Assembly: GCF_004010195.1 (NCBI RefSeq)
Contig: NC_057719.1
Location: 47,679,808-47,743,807, forward strand
DNA from: Chiloscyllium plagiosum
Lineage: Eukaryota
DNA: 64,000 bases
Reading direction: 5' to 3'
The notes beneath the pieces were generated by a model. That model saw nothing but the letters and a program-made list of their open reading frames with translations, did not search any database and was not told the DNA's origin. Position 1 is the first letter of the stretch. Every line of letters starts with the position of its first letter. Of this stretch, positions 1-14,500 are shown one piece after another. Both the position numbers and the translations under genes were made by a program.

Positions 1-152
1 ACGTTTCGGGCATAAGCCCTTCTTCCTGAAGAAGGGCTTATGCCCAAAACGTCGATTCTCCTGTTCCTTGGATGCTGCCTGACCTGCTGCGCTTTTCCAG
101 CAACACATTTTCAGCTCTGATCTCCAGCATCTACAGTCCTCACTTTCTCCTA
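1..152. mobile_element. Palindromic Penelope-derived short element (cut by window edge)
   Basis: Head-to-head copies of the cctgaagaagggcttatgcccgaaacgtcg terminus. Confidence 0.75.
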
Positions 153-1079
153 CCTAATAGGAGTGACAGATTTGGATTGAAGGGCATTTTCAGGTTGGCA
201 ACCTAAAACTATTACTTACAATGCTACAATTATTTACAATGTATTTTATTGACTTGGACAAGAGAAGCAGAAGTTTACAGATGTCAAGAATAGGTGGCTG
301 CAGAGGCTGGTCATTAAGTATTGTCATGGCTGAGATAGAAAGTTAATTAGTAAGAAAATCAAGGGTTATGGGGATAAAGCAGGAATGCGAATTTGAGGTT
401 TATCAGTTCAGCCATGCTCTCAGTGAATGGCTTCCTTCTGGTCCAATATCATATGGTTGGATAGTCTATGGGTGATAAGGCAGTGAGACCAGATGAGAAG
501 CATATAAGGAAGTGAAATGGTCATAATCTTTCACTCTTCCCTTGGCTCAGAGTGTACAAGAGCTTTGGAAAATTTAAGACATTTTGCCCTTGTTTAAAGT
601 AGAATAAGTTCAGCAATTACAAACTAATAAAAGTAAATTCACTGGTATGGAAGCTTCTACAATTATTCGGTATTGATTTAGTAGTCTCATGGAAAAAGCT
701 GATTTCTATTGTGAGAATCAGCAGGAATTTCTAAAAGAAAAGTCATATTTAGCTAACTTGGATTTTTTAAAAACAAATTAACAGAAAGATTCAGTGAGCT
801 AATGTTGCTGATATGATGTATGTGGATTTATTTAAAAACTACAGATTTATGAGAGAGGTTTAGTTCATGGGACAAAAGGGAAATAAGCAATGTGGATACA
901 AACTTAGCTGAGCAATAGGAAACAGATGAATGGATACTTTTTTTTGGCTGCAGTAAGGTTTGTTTTGGACATCCCAACTGGTCAGCACTGGGGCTTTGCT
1001 TTTCTTGATACGTAGTAATCTAATGAGCCACAAGTTCAAAGCACATGGATAATTTGAAACTTGGAAATATAGTAAACTA

Positions 1080-1248
1080 TGTGTTGCTGGAAAAGCGCAG
1101 CAGGTCAGGCAGCATAAAAGGAGCAGGAGAATTGACATTTCGGGCATAAGCCCTTCTTCAGGCTTATGCCCGAAATGTCGATTCTCCTGCTCCTTTGATG
1201 CTGCCTGACCTGCTGCGCTTTTCCAGCGACACATTTTTCAGCTCTGAT
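1080..1248. mobile_element. Palindromic Penelope-derived short element
   Basis: Inverted arms gtgttgctggaaaagcgcagcaggtcaggcagc / gctgcctgacctgctgcgcttttccagcgacac. Confidence 0.75.
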
Positions 1249-2510
1249 TTTACATTACATGTAATGTAATGTAAAAAATGTAAAGTATCTAAATGTATAT
1301 TTGCAATGCCAATGTACACAGGTTATGGGCCAAGTGCTGGAAAACAGAATTAGAATAGATGTGATTGTTTTTGGCTGGTACAGATTCGATGGGCCAAAGG
1401 GCTTTAACTGAACTGCAGACCTCTATAACTCTATCACTGAAGGTGGCAGGACAATTGGAGAGAACAGTCAATAAAGCATATAGTACCCTGGGATATATTA
1501 ACATAGGCACGAAGTATAAGGAGCAAAGAGTTTATGCTTAATTATAAAAGACACTTGTTAAACCTCAGTTGGAGTAGTGTGCCACATGGGATATGAACCC
1601 ACTGGAATGTCAAGAGTGATTTTACAAGAATGGTTCCAGGGATGAAAAATTCCATTTAGGAAGATAAATCAGACAGCTTAGAACTTTTTATTTTGGAGAG
1701 AGGGTTGAAGAGAAGTGCTGAGAGGTCACGTGGGGGTAAACACAGAGAAACTGCTCCCACTAATAAAAGGATCAAGAACAAGAGGAAATAGATTTTGAGA
1801 GATTTGCAAATGAGATGGTTCAGATCTGCATTGCACTGCCTAGATGTCAATGGGGGTGAGGAGGAGAAGATCTGATGGGATGTTGGTGCGTGTTCAAGCT
1901 TCTGTATTTTCTGCCTGATGGAAGAGGTAGAGGGTATTACAAGAGTGGGAAAGGACTTTGATGATGTTGGTTGCATTTCTGTGGCAACAACAAGTGTAAA
2001 TGGATTCCAGAAATGGGAGGTGAGCCTCTGATGGCTCCCAGCCATGGATGCACAAGCAGGTATGCCACTTGGAATATAGCTCTAGGAATATAAACCAAGA
2101 CTATACTGTTAGGACCAAGTTGCTGGAGAAAAGAAAAGTAAAGGGAAGGGAAGAGTTCTCAGCAGAAGGTTGTTCACAGAAAAATTATTCTACTAAATTT
2201 CCAATGAGAAACAAAGTATGAAATATTTGGGCTTCGGTAATGAACATCACTGTAGCTTGTTATTTCTCTTCTCTCTTTCTGTTAGGGAGAAGCTTCCTTT
2301 AAAAGCAAAAAAAAAAAAAGAGTCCTTTTGCTTTATTTTCGAGAAGGGCAAATTGAGTTGTGTGACCAAAGCCACACATTAAATCAAATTACTTTGTGGA
2401 TATCAAATTGTTTTCTTCTAAAACCAATGCATGTAAACAATTAATAGTTCACAGGACAGATAAAACTTCATAATCACAAAGAGTTTAAGTACTGTACGAT
2501 CATTTCTTAC

Positions 2511-2554
2511 CTTAAATGGATTGGCACGTGCAAGCATACTGTTTGTAAGAGTTA
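2511..2554 (-). CDS. WDHD1: WDHD1 exon (VTLTNSMLARANPFK)
   Basis: 44 bp, tAG/GTaaga; ends in the conserved RxNPFK motif. Confidence 0.85.
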
Positions 2555-5500
2555 CTATTGACAAGAAAGTTATAAAATCAGAATCTGTATCATAAATCCA
2601 ATACTAGTTTTCAATTTCACTAATACTGTTCCATTCTAAAATTTATATCAATGATTTTATGATACAATCATTTTGGCAGTGACACATTTAAAAGGAAGCA
2701 ATCCTGAATTAAGCATCTACTTTCAGTTTGTAATTAACGTAATTTTCACAATTAGACAACCAGCCAGCTGATTCAATGCAAATGCCTATGATATAATATG
2801 CATAGTTGTGCAAACGTGTTAAATGCCAATATGTTGGCTTTTAAATGAAGACTAAAGTCAGTATATTATTTTATCACCTTTAAATAGACAACAAAGTAAC
2901 ATGCATAATTAATATACACTAATGGCAAACTACTCTCAGTACCTGATTTTGGAGTTATTTGTTCCACGGGACCAAGATTTTTACTAAATGGATTTAACCC
3001 TGCAGTACAGAAGAACAGTTTTCAATAAGTAATCAACACAACAAAGTGGTTTTCTGCATATGTTTGCTTCAAACACATATTACCAGCACAAAAATAAACA
3101 GAAGTTACTTTTGGAACATGTAAAAAATTACACATCAGTATTTACTTGTACAAATATTTTCTTCTATTTACTTCAAAGTTCTGAATACTGATATAAAATG
3201 GATCAGGATTTGCTAAGCAGGAAGGTCGAAAGAGTGTTGGAGTTTTTTTGAAAAAGTAACAAAGAGGATTGATGAGGGCAGAGCGGTAGATGTGATCTAT
3301 ATGAACTTCAGTAAGGGGTTTGACAAGGTTCCCCCTGGGAGACTGGTTAGCAAGGTTAGATATCACAATATAGGGACAAGTAGCCATTTGGATACAGAAC
3401 TGGCTCAAAAGGTAGAAGACAGAGGGTGGTGGTGGAGGGCTGTTTTTCAGACTGGTGGCCTGTGACCAGTGAAGTGCCACAAGGATCGGTGCTGGGCCCT
3501 CTACTTTTTGTCATTTACATAAATGATTTGGACGGGAGCATACGAGGTACAGTTAGTAAGTTTGCAGGTGACACCAAAATTGGAGGTGTAGTGGACAGTG
3601 AAGGAGGTTACCTCAGATTACAACAGGATCTTGACCAGATGGGCCAAAGGGCCGAGAAATGACAGATGGAGATAAATTCAGATAATTGCGAGATGCTGCA
3701 TTTTGGGAAAGCAAATCTTAGCAGGACTTATACACTTACCATTAAGTAAGGTCCTAGGAGTGTTGCTGAACAAAAAGTGCAGGTTCATAGCTCCTTGAAA
3801 GTGGAGTCGCAGGTAGATAGGATAGTGAAGGCGGCATTTGGTATGCTTTCTTTTATTGGTCAGAGTATTGAGTACAGGAGTTGGGAGGTCATGTTGTGGC
3901 TTTACAGGACATTGGTTAGGCCACTGTTGGAATATTGCGTACAATTCTGGTCTCCTTCCTATCGGAAAGATGTTGTGAAACTTGAAAGGGCTCAGAAAAG
4001 ATTTACAAGGATGTTGCCAGAGTTGGAGAATTTGAGCTATGGGGAGAGGCTGAACAGGCTGGGGCTGTTTTCCCTGGAGCGTCAGAGGTTGAAGGGTGAC
4101 CTTATAGAGGTTTACAAAATCATGAGGGGCATGGATAGGATAAATGGACAAAGTCTTTTCCCTGGGGTCAGGGAGTCCAGAACTAGAGGTTATAAGTTTA
4201 GGGCGAGAGGAGAAAGATATAAAAGAGACCTAAGGGGTGACTTTTTCCACACAGAGTGTGGTACGTGTATGGAATGAGCTGCCAGAGGAAGTGGTGGAGG
4301 CTGGTACAATTGCAACATTTAAAAGGCATTTGGATGGGTATATGAATAGGAAGGGTTTGGAGGGATATGGGCCGGGTACTGGCAAGTGGGACGAGATTGG
4401 GTTGGGATATCTGGTCGGCATGGACGGGTTGGACCGAAGGGTCTGTTTCCGTGCTGTACATCTCTATGACGACATGCAGCTACAGGAGCTGAAGCACAAT
4501 TTTTGTTCAAGTCTTGTTCAAATAATTTCATATCAGAGCAATGAATAAAAATCTGGTCTCATAATTGGTTTGGACTTCTAAATATGCTAAACATGTAAAA
4601 AGTCATCTAAAATAAATTTAGAAAGTGGAATATCTAGCCAAACTTACTTCTCTTTGCATGAACTGTTTCCTCAGGATCCAATTCATTGTTACCATCTCCT
4701 TCTGCATTATTCTGAATATCTTCCTCACTTCCTTCTTCCTTTTCAATGGAGTTTTGAGCTGGAGGTTGCACATGTGAACTCCATTTGGTCACTGTTCTTC
4801 TATAGCTGCTTGAGAAAGACAGTTTCAATAACCAGCAAATTTTAGACCACTAACATTTACATCCTGAAATAATTAAACAAGCCTACTTTTGTGCACAAAG
4901 TTTTAATGCAAATGCAAAAAAATGTGGCAGTTGGATTCTGAAGTTACTTGCAACTTCTTCATTTGGTTGCAATTAGTTGAAAGCAACATGAAATTGTTAA
5001 ATGCTCATTAAATTCATTTGATCAACTGTGTAATTTATTGGATTTAAGATCAAATAAAAAAAGTGTAAAAAGCCCAAGTTCTAAAGTGCCATTTTATTCC
5101 TAGAGGTTTTCCCACTCAAATTCAGTTCATGTTTCAGAAGAGGATATTGAATTACTTGTCATGGACACTGAAGTGATTTTCAAAATAAACCACAGGACTG
5201 AGATTTCAATCTCTCCACAAAAGAGTTCAACATAAAGTATCTGACTAATAAAATTAAAAATTTCAGAAAGGAAAGGATAAAATGTAGTCCTTCTTTCAAC
5301 TGTTGCACATTTGTAGGAATAAGTGATGAAACAATAAAATAGCATTGAGACATGCTTATGAACACCAACATCGATTATAACAGAACTACTGAGAAATATG
5401 AAACTTGAACAGGCATGAGCACCTGATCACAAATTTTGGTGAGATGTTTCAAAGTGCAAAATGCTGATTAAATGGTATGGGCAAGCTGAAATACCTTTAA

Positions 5501-8500
5501 GGTATTCACATGAAGTAAAATCACAACTGCAAATCTTCTAGTTCGAAATATATCAGATTGAACCACAGTACAACCTGAAGCATACCACAAGCATACCCCT
5601 ATTTTGTGTCATGCATGCAGTTTTGTTTTCATATCATGCAAACAAGTTATATGGTCTTGTGAAAAACGATCTCAGTGGATAGAATTATTTGAATTATGGA
5701 AATACATTTTCAAATAGCTCATGATTAAATGGAAATATAGGTAATAATGAGTTAAGAGGTATAGTCCACAAAGTACCAAAGGCATCTATCCCCACTAGAT
5801 TTAGACAACAGATATATAACTTGATGGGCACCCCTCTACATCAAGTGCAGAGTAAGAAGACAGGCCTCCACGAATTACCACAGCAAGTGGAAGTGAACCA
5901 CTGCTGTTGGTGTCATTCAGTACCATATTCTAGTCAACTGAGCCAAACAATACACTGCAATAACAAATTAACAAAAAAGCAATACCTCGCCTTTGGATCA
6001 GCTTGAAAGTCATCTTCATCTTGTACTGTCAATAATGCTGTAGCTTTCTCCTGTGCGAGGTTGCTAAGGCGTTGGGCAAGAGTTAGATGTTTTGAACGTG
6101 AAGCATATTTGATAGCCAAATTTAAGACGTTCTGAGTCATAAATTCAGTGAGTTCTTCACAACGGAATTCACGTTCTGCCTTGCACGACAGCTAAATGAC
6201 AAACAGAATGTTAGCTTTCTTTCCAATTGAGCTTCAACGAAAATGTGATGATAATACTCATTTAATAAGTCTTGTTATAAAAATTAATTCAAAAATATTT
6301 TTAAAAGTTTAACAATGCACACTATGTAAATAAATGCAAGGACTTTCCAGACAAAAACAATAAGCTATGTATATTGGAAATCTGAGCTAAAGAAATTCTC
6401 ATGAATATTCAGCAGTTCCGGCAAACATTTTGGACTTTTTCAGCTAATGAACTTGTGACAAAACATTTTGAGCACATTTCTAACAATTGTTATTTTTATT
6501 TCAGCACGCTCTGGAAAAACTGGCTTCCGCACACAATCATATGCCACTTCTAGCAAATGTAGGTGAATTATGAATATGACTAATAACCTTCGTTCAGTTG
6601 TAAGTGTAGCTAATAGTGCCCTCAGGATTGTCCAGCAAGTACTTCCTAATCTTGGCTTCACAAGCATGGGCTAGCTGAACACAGCTCTGCTGACTACAAA
6701 CAACTGAAGGAACCTGGTGCTCTGCTTAGCACACTTTGTGTATGAATTTCAGTGTTGGTGCAATGCCAGTTACACAAGTCATACATCTCAATGACTGGAC
6801 GATCAAATCAAACATCATGAAATTTAAGACCTGATGATGCTTTACACATGTATTGTATTAAACAGGAGCATGTAATGATAATCACAGATTGTCCCCACTG
6901 CGGTATGCAACAATAAATGAATGGCTTTAATTCTCCAGAAAGCTGTTCCATTTACCACCAGCATATATGATGGAAGTTTCCGTTTCAAGAAGACTAAATA
7001 TTAAAAGGTAAAAATATTCAGAAGAACCAAAGCATTGCTTTAATATTAAGAGTGTCTGTGTATATTCTGCAGCTGTCAGATAAACACAAATTTTGATTTA
7101 ACTAGCTAAATCAGCAGCTCAAACGTTGCATTGTTTAAAGAAAAGCAATAGGATGTTCAAATGGTATACAGCCTACCCAGTTGAGTATGCTGGCAGCATG
7201 TTAGCAACACCAGTGTACATTTGAAATGTAATTGCACTCACAACCCCTTACTTTGTCTCTCTCTTCAAAGACAGGAAGGAGAGGATGTGTATGTTTGCAG
7301 AAACAGCTGCTCAAGATTATATAGAATTTACTCACAGCAAACATCTTCATTAGTAGTTCCTGCTGTTCCTTTAGTGCCTGGTGTTTTGCAGTTTCATCAA
7401 ATTCATAACCATTTTCTGCCAGATAGTCAAAGTGATTATGAAATAGCACTGATCGCCAGTAATGTTCCTGGGAAGATAGGAAAGAATTTAAATGACCCAT
7501 ATTATACTACTAACAAATTGCAACAGATTTTCTATAAACAACAAATATTTTGGATCAAGTTATTTATATTATTGCATTGAAATAAGCAACTGGTTTATAT
7601 ATAATGAAAGCCAGCCAGACCATTTATTCGTGAAATTGATTATTGCTTAGAGAGGCAAGTCTTAAATTATGTGCCTCCATTTTCTAACCATTACATTGTG
7701 TGCTAAAAGTTATACTGCAGCACCTTTTTGCAGCTTTGCAAGATTACAGACAACAACGTAAACACAAAGTGGTATTATTTGATTTTGGATAACAAAGTAA
7801 CAGTATTTTTTGTTTTTCAGTATTTTGAACTGAAATGAGGAAAGGACCTTTGAAAGTAAAAATTATGAAAGGGAATGCTGTACCTTTTAAAAGCAGCTAC
7901 CAGCACTCATGAAAGTGGTCTTTAAACTGCTTTTTGGTCAAGCAGTGGAGGGAGGTTAGATCTGGATGGGCTGGAACCAGGGGTTGTGTACAAAGTGAGA
8001 TTCAGCTGGCAACAACTAGCTGATTGGTCTGTGGAGTAGTAACTAATCATTGATGCCAACAACTACAAGATTGGCCCTGGGTAGCTGAGGAGTTTGTGGG
8101 GATAAACAAAATGGCCAGAAGCCTTTAAACATGTGGAAAGGGAGATGGCATTGCTCCCTCTCCAGTGAAAAAACAACCTAATGTCTGAAGAAAGCCAATT
8201 TATTTTCCCCTCACCAGTTGCTATATCTGTGGTTTTTAACCAGTAATTAATTAAGAGACTTTACGATTGTAAATCAAATCACTCAGAGCCTTCTATTTAG
8301 CACACTTTCATATTTTAAACTTCTGTGACAACTCTTGGAATAGCTGGGCTTGATGTCCAGTGTGCCATCCCAGTGAGGCATGATAACAACTCCACTTTAT
8401 TGTGGCCTTTGAGGACTGCTGTGGCAATAATGTTCACCTCACATCACTTGAGTGGCAAACTAGTAGAGCTTGTTGCCCACCAGTAGCAGAATCCACCTGA

Positions 8501-11500
8501 TTTTAATTTACAGCAAGTTCTTTACTCATCACTTTTACCTAATGACATTGATGTAAATTAGCGCCATCCACTCCCCCTCCCAAAGAATATCATAAAATCA
8601 TATTGGAAGTCAATTATAACTATATTTTAAACATTACACAGTGTTCAAAATTCTCTAATATTCCAGGTGTTTTTTTAAAAATAAAATCTACACAGGCAAT
8701 TTCATAAAACAAATAGGGAACTGTCAACACCCAGCCGCTCTCATGAAGCACGTACAAAATGTGCATGCACTGTACACCTTCCAGTGCACATTCTGTTTAT
8801 TTGCTTACATTATTGAGCTTATTTAAGCACTTCTTTTTTTTAAAAAAAAAGACAGGGTGTTTCACAAAGTGTGCATGTGTATAACTTTCAACATGCATGA
8901 CATGAACCTTTCGATGGTGACAGGTCTTCCTGACACCCAACAGTAATGAAAACTGTTGGTTAATAAATGAATTGGTAATTTTGAAATATTACATCCATAG
9001 TTTTGCAATTCTGTGCACATCAGTTTAGAAAGGACTCTACCATCTACTAAAAGCTTAAAAATATACACTCATAAACAGTTAGATGCAGGTATCCACTCCA
9101 ACTTTCTTTGAGTTGCTTTTCAAAATTAATTCAGTAAATGTACTTCAGATTCTCCCTAAACTGGTAAATTTGTATCAATTCAATAAAGCAGTCATGCACA
9201 AATTTGCATCAGAATCAATATGACAAATTCTCTTTAACATGGCTCCTTTAACATGGCATAAAAGCAAATAATAATTCATCTTTAATTTTATCCATTTTGA
9301 AATCAAGAAATAAGGAGGTGTAATATTTGAAATTTTGCAACAAGTTAAAATTTGTTAAAATTAAAGAAAAAGCAATGTTTGGGAATTACTTCAGGGCACT
9401 GCATCAATGCAAAAGAACATACCACCTATCACATACCTCCATTTGTCCTTTTTCTGAACTAGTTTGACAATAAGGGAGTTTCAATGGTAGAATTGTTACA
9501 GTGGGACGTGGAAGTGTAGGTGGAAATCTAGAGCCTTTACATGGAATACATCTGTCAACAATAAAATTATATTTTAGTTCTCAGGAGTAAGACATTTTAA
9601 ATCACATCATCAATCTTGCCTAATTAGCTTTCCAATAAGCAGAACAAGGTTTCTTTTAACTGCATGGTCCAAAACAATGAAAATATTGCCATGGAGAAAT
9701 ACATGAGGTCAACTAGTTCTCCATAAATAAAATAGGGCATAATTTCAGTGTTATGGAAACAGAGTGATGCATTACAGCAACTGTGTCATTTGAGAGCTTT
9801 CGTATGAATGATACAAAGGCTTAGCATATTTTTTAAAAGTGCAGATTGTTTTGAACTGTGAAGCTATTTCATAACGGATTCTTAACTTACTGAAAAATTG
9901 TAAAATTGGAGGGCAACTGAATTGCAAGATCAGACTTTTTAAAATTCCTTCAGGTCAGTCTATCAGTTGAATTTATTTCCTTGAAATTAATTCAGGTTGT
10001 AGCAATATTGAGCCTGGGACCACAAAATGACTAAAATATGACAAAAGTATTCACTTTCAGATAATCATAAGAATGGCAGTACATGTAATGAAATAGTCCT
10101 ACTGATTATTAATGGTTCCATTTCACACGCAATGTTAGGGTAACAGAAAGTGTATTGTACAGAAGGTGCTTCTCTTTGCAAAGCTTCTAGAGCATTTTCC
10201 ATTTTTCAGAAATGAGCAACTTTAATTTTAATAGAGCTGAAACCAGAGTAAGTTACGAAATATGGAGTTTCTGAATCATAAAAGGAAATTAATTTATTGC
10301 TTTAAAAAAGTAGTGTATATGCTTCTCTAGTGGAAAAGCTGCATAGTTATTTCAAGCAGGATCAAACTACATTGCAAAATGTGCTGCATCGTCTGTGTGA
10401 AGATACAACATATGCATTTTTAAAATAAACAAAATTATTTAACTGCAACTTAAACATATTTGGACACTAAATGTGCAAGTATCGCAGTTTTACCACTGAA
10501 CCAAAGGTTTTTCTGCTTTGCACCAATGATAATTTTGTAATATTAATACACCCAAACAGAAAAACTGTTCAAAGGTCGGGAAAGAATTATAAATTCATTT
10601 TTCTTAGCCATCTGAAATTACAGCAGCAGTAGCTGCTTTTAGTTTAAAAAGAATTGAGCAATCTCTAAAGTTTACGATGTAAAGCAATGCAGAGAACAAT
10701 TAAGAGTTTGATCTTTACCATAGTTCAAAACTGCTACTATCTGAGGTTTCTCTCCAAGGGCACTTTTCCATTTTAATAGAACAATCATGTACACTATATG
10801 TATCTGCTCATCTGCATCCTTTCCTTACCTGAGCTGCTGAGGGTTTTCATGGATACCAACAACCCAGTAATAGTCAGATTTGCCTTTGCAATGATCCCTG
10901 GTGTTCGAAATAGGAATCCAGGTGCTCCCTAAAGATCTGTTTAGCATTTGTACGATCCCTTCTGAATCTGCAAATACTGGGGTACCTACCAAAAAAAAAG
11001 TATTGAACAATAGACAATTGATTTGCATATCTAATGAAAGTTGCATTGTTCTGGGATTGTTAATGGATTACAAACAACTTATAAATTCTACTTCAAAAAG
11101 ACGAACTATAATACAAAGACGATCAAGTTGGAACTTCAAATCAGATGTATGATTGAGATTCTTAAAGTTGAAATGTAGCAGTTCTGCTACAACATTTTAC
11201 ACCTTAAACAAAAAGATACGATACCTGCTGCTGTAAAATAAAAATCTAATACAGCAATGGAATGCAGGGAGGCAGCCTTTATTCAATGTTAAGAAAACAC
11301 AAGTTAAAAGCATATGGCCATATGTTTAAGAACTGCTAAAAGAAACTTTTAAAACAAAGATGCACCACAGGTCGATACATTTCCAAGGAAGGCTTGGATT
11401 TCATTAATAATTCTTCAATAATTTTAATGAAGAATCTTATTCAAAAAATTCATTTTTTCTTTTCCCTTTCAGTGCTCATTGCGCCGTTGCAAAATTTCAG

Positions 11501-14500
11501 TATTTCCTCAGTTTTTTCCTAATCTATAATATTTATCAACACATTTTGAACATATCGCAGCACATTTAACATATATGCACCATTTCCAGGTGAGGAGTTC
11601 TCCTTTTATTTAATTGGTAGTACAGAACTGGAATATTGTTGAGAAAAGAAATTGCACTCATCAGGTCAGATGAAAGAACTATACTTTCTCTTCTTCATGG
11701 CCTGCACACTATATCCTAAAGTATTTGGAATATTAAGAGTAGATATTAAAATCACCTTCAGCAGAGAAGCCCTGCCACATCAGATAAGACTTCCTGGTAA
11801 GAGGAAGGGACGTTCCTTGCAGAATCTGCCGTTTCCTTCTTCCTAATTCCATTATTTGCACCCCCAAGCACTGATCTCCATCAAAACCAGTACCTGAAGA
11901 GAGAAAGGTCATAAATTTAAAAAAATTAAAATTTTCTTCAATAAATTTTACCTTCAGAAAGGGTTATTTCAAAGAAATTTACCATCTAGCTAAGTGGGTG
12001 AAACTATTCATTGGTTATAAAGTGCTTTGAGACTTCAGTTAGTTATGGAAAGTACTATATAAAATTAAAAATCACACAACACCAGGTTATAGTCCAACAG
12101 GTTTAATTGGAAGCACTAGTTTTTAAGAGTGCTGCTCCTTCATCACGTGGTTGCCTGAAATCTAGTGCTTCCAATTAAATCTGTTGGACTATAACCTGCT
12201 GTCAAGAGATTTTTTTTAAACTTTGTACACACCAGTCCAATACCGACATCTCCATATCATATAAAATCAGTCTTTCTTTAAAACAATGCCACTGAAACAA
12301 TGACTTACTAAAACTTCAAGGGATTCCTAAATCCACAAGGTGGCTGTGTATATTTCCACATGGAAATAAAATTACTGTCTGTTCTGACACCCTCCTTCAC
12401 TCTCAACAGTCACATCCCAACAGCACCTTCCCATGCAATCATAGAAGATACAACATTTAGCAGCTACCTCGTCTGTATCTCAAGCCCCAGACACCTTCCA
12501 GATGAAGCAGCAATTTACCTGCATTTCATTCAATCTAGTCTACTGTATTGGCTGCTCACAACACAGATTCCTTTAAAATGGGGAGACAAAATGCAGAGTG
12601 GGTGATTGCTTTGCTGAACACCTCCGCTCTATCTGGAAAAATGACATGAGCTTCTAACTGCCTGCCACTTCAACACACCACTGCTGTTCCCTTGCTAACA
12701 TTTCTGCAGTGCTCCAGCAAAGTTCAATGCAAGCTGGAGGAACAAAACCTCAGTCATAGAGATGTACAGCATGGAACCAAGACCCTTCGGTCCAACCAGT
12801 CCATGCTGACCAGATTTCCCAACCCAATCTAGCCCCACCTGCCAGCACCCGGCCCATATCCCTCCAAACCCTTCCTATTCATATACCCATCCAAATGCCT
12901 CTTAAATGTTGCAATTGTACCAGCCTCCACCACATCCTCTGGCAGCTCATTCCATACACGTACCACCCTCTGCGTGAAAGAGTTGCCCCTTAGGTCTATT
13001 TTATATCTTTCTCCCCTCACTCTAAACCTATGCCCTCTACTTCTGGACTCCCCAACCCCAGGGAAAAGACTTTGCCTATTTACCACAGTGGCCTAACCAA
13101 TGTCCTGTACAGCCGCAACATGACCTCCCAACTCCTGTATTCAATACTCTGACCAACAAAGGAAAGCATACCAAACGCCTTCTTCACTATCCTATCTACC
13201 TGCGACTCTACTTTCAAGGAGCTATGAACCTGCACTGCAAGGTCTCTTTGTTCAGCAACACTCCCCAGGACCTTACCATTAAGTGTATAAGTCCTGCTAA
13301 GATTTGCTTTCCCAAAATGCAGCACCTCGCATTTATCTTTCACTTAGGTACCTTACAGCTCTAAAGTCTCAACTGAGAGTCTAACATACCCACAACCATG
13401 AGAGTTTAACTATTTCAGTGGGAACACTTTCACCCGTGTTTGTTCCTCACCACCACACTCCCAAAGGCCTGTTCTGTATGGGTTGCTCCCAGGATAGCCT
13501 TTCCCATTTTCAACGATTTACAGTTCTCATTCAGCACAAAACCTCTTCCCCAGCTTACTATCTGCAATATCTTTGCATGCTTCCCTTTTTTCTCTCTACT
13601 GATGGGCACCATCTTCAACTATCCATGTCACTCCTCTCTCCCCCTACAACCAGCCATCATTAACATAAATACCACCCTTTCCCAGTTATTTTCAGTTCTG
13701 ACAAAACATCACTGCACTCAAAACATCAACTCTCTTTTTCTCTCTACTGATGCTGCCACACATGCTGAGTGTATCCTGCAGTTCTGTTTTTGTTTCAGGT
13801 ATACAACATCTACAATTCTTTGTTTAATTTCACAGTTCATTCTTGCCAACGCAATTTACATTATGCAGTTAGCACCTCTTATGTCGAAAAATGTTGCAAA
13901 ATGCTTCCAAGATTTAGAAGCAAAAAATGGATGGCAAGTCAAGAACAACATTTAGAAGGGGCGAGCTAAAGCTCAAAAGGAGAACAGAAAATTTAGAGGA
14001 AATTAGGAAGGGGATTCTGTCTGAGTTCTTAATACACAAGAAACTGATAGCAGAGAATATGGTAATGGGTAACTTTGTAAAACAGGAGTTTACAGAAAGA
14101 GGAAAGGAAGAAGCCATGTTGGGATTAAAGTATGGCAAAAGTGAGGACTGCAGATGCTGGAAATCAGAGTCAAGATTAGAGTGGCGCTGGAAAAGCACCA
14201 GACCGCATCCGAGGAGCAGGAAAAAATCGACGTTTCAGGCAAAAGTGCTTCATCAGGATGCAAATTTTAAATCTGACCCAGAAAGAAAAAAAACAGTAAA
14301 ATTGCAAAAGAGATATCCTGGTCTGGCTTGTCAAAATGGAGGACCAGCATAAGCAGGATGCTCATTTTCAAGTTTTACTATTTGTTTTCTCTGGGGAGGC
14401 ACTGGAAGGCCAGGAGCCAATGGAAGCGAGAATGTGCAGGCTGAAAGACCAGTGAGACGAAGGATGGCATACAAATTGTTCTAAAAAGGATGAAAGAACT

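Noticed and set aside
3426..4548. Cluster of overlapping ORFs with RT similarity
   Set aside because: Broken CR1 ORF2 and its antisense frames, not a host gene; the same applies near 13000, 21000, 39700, 46300 and 56100.
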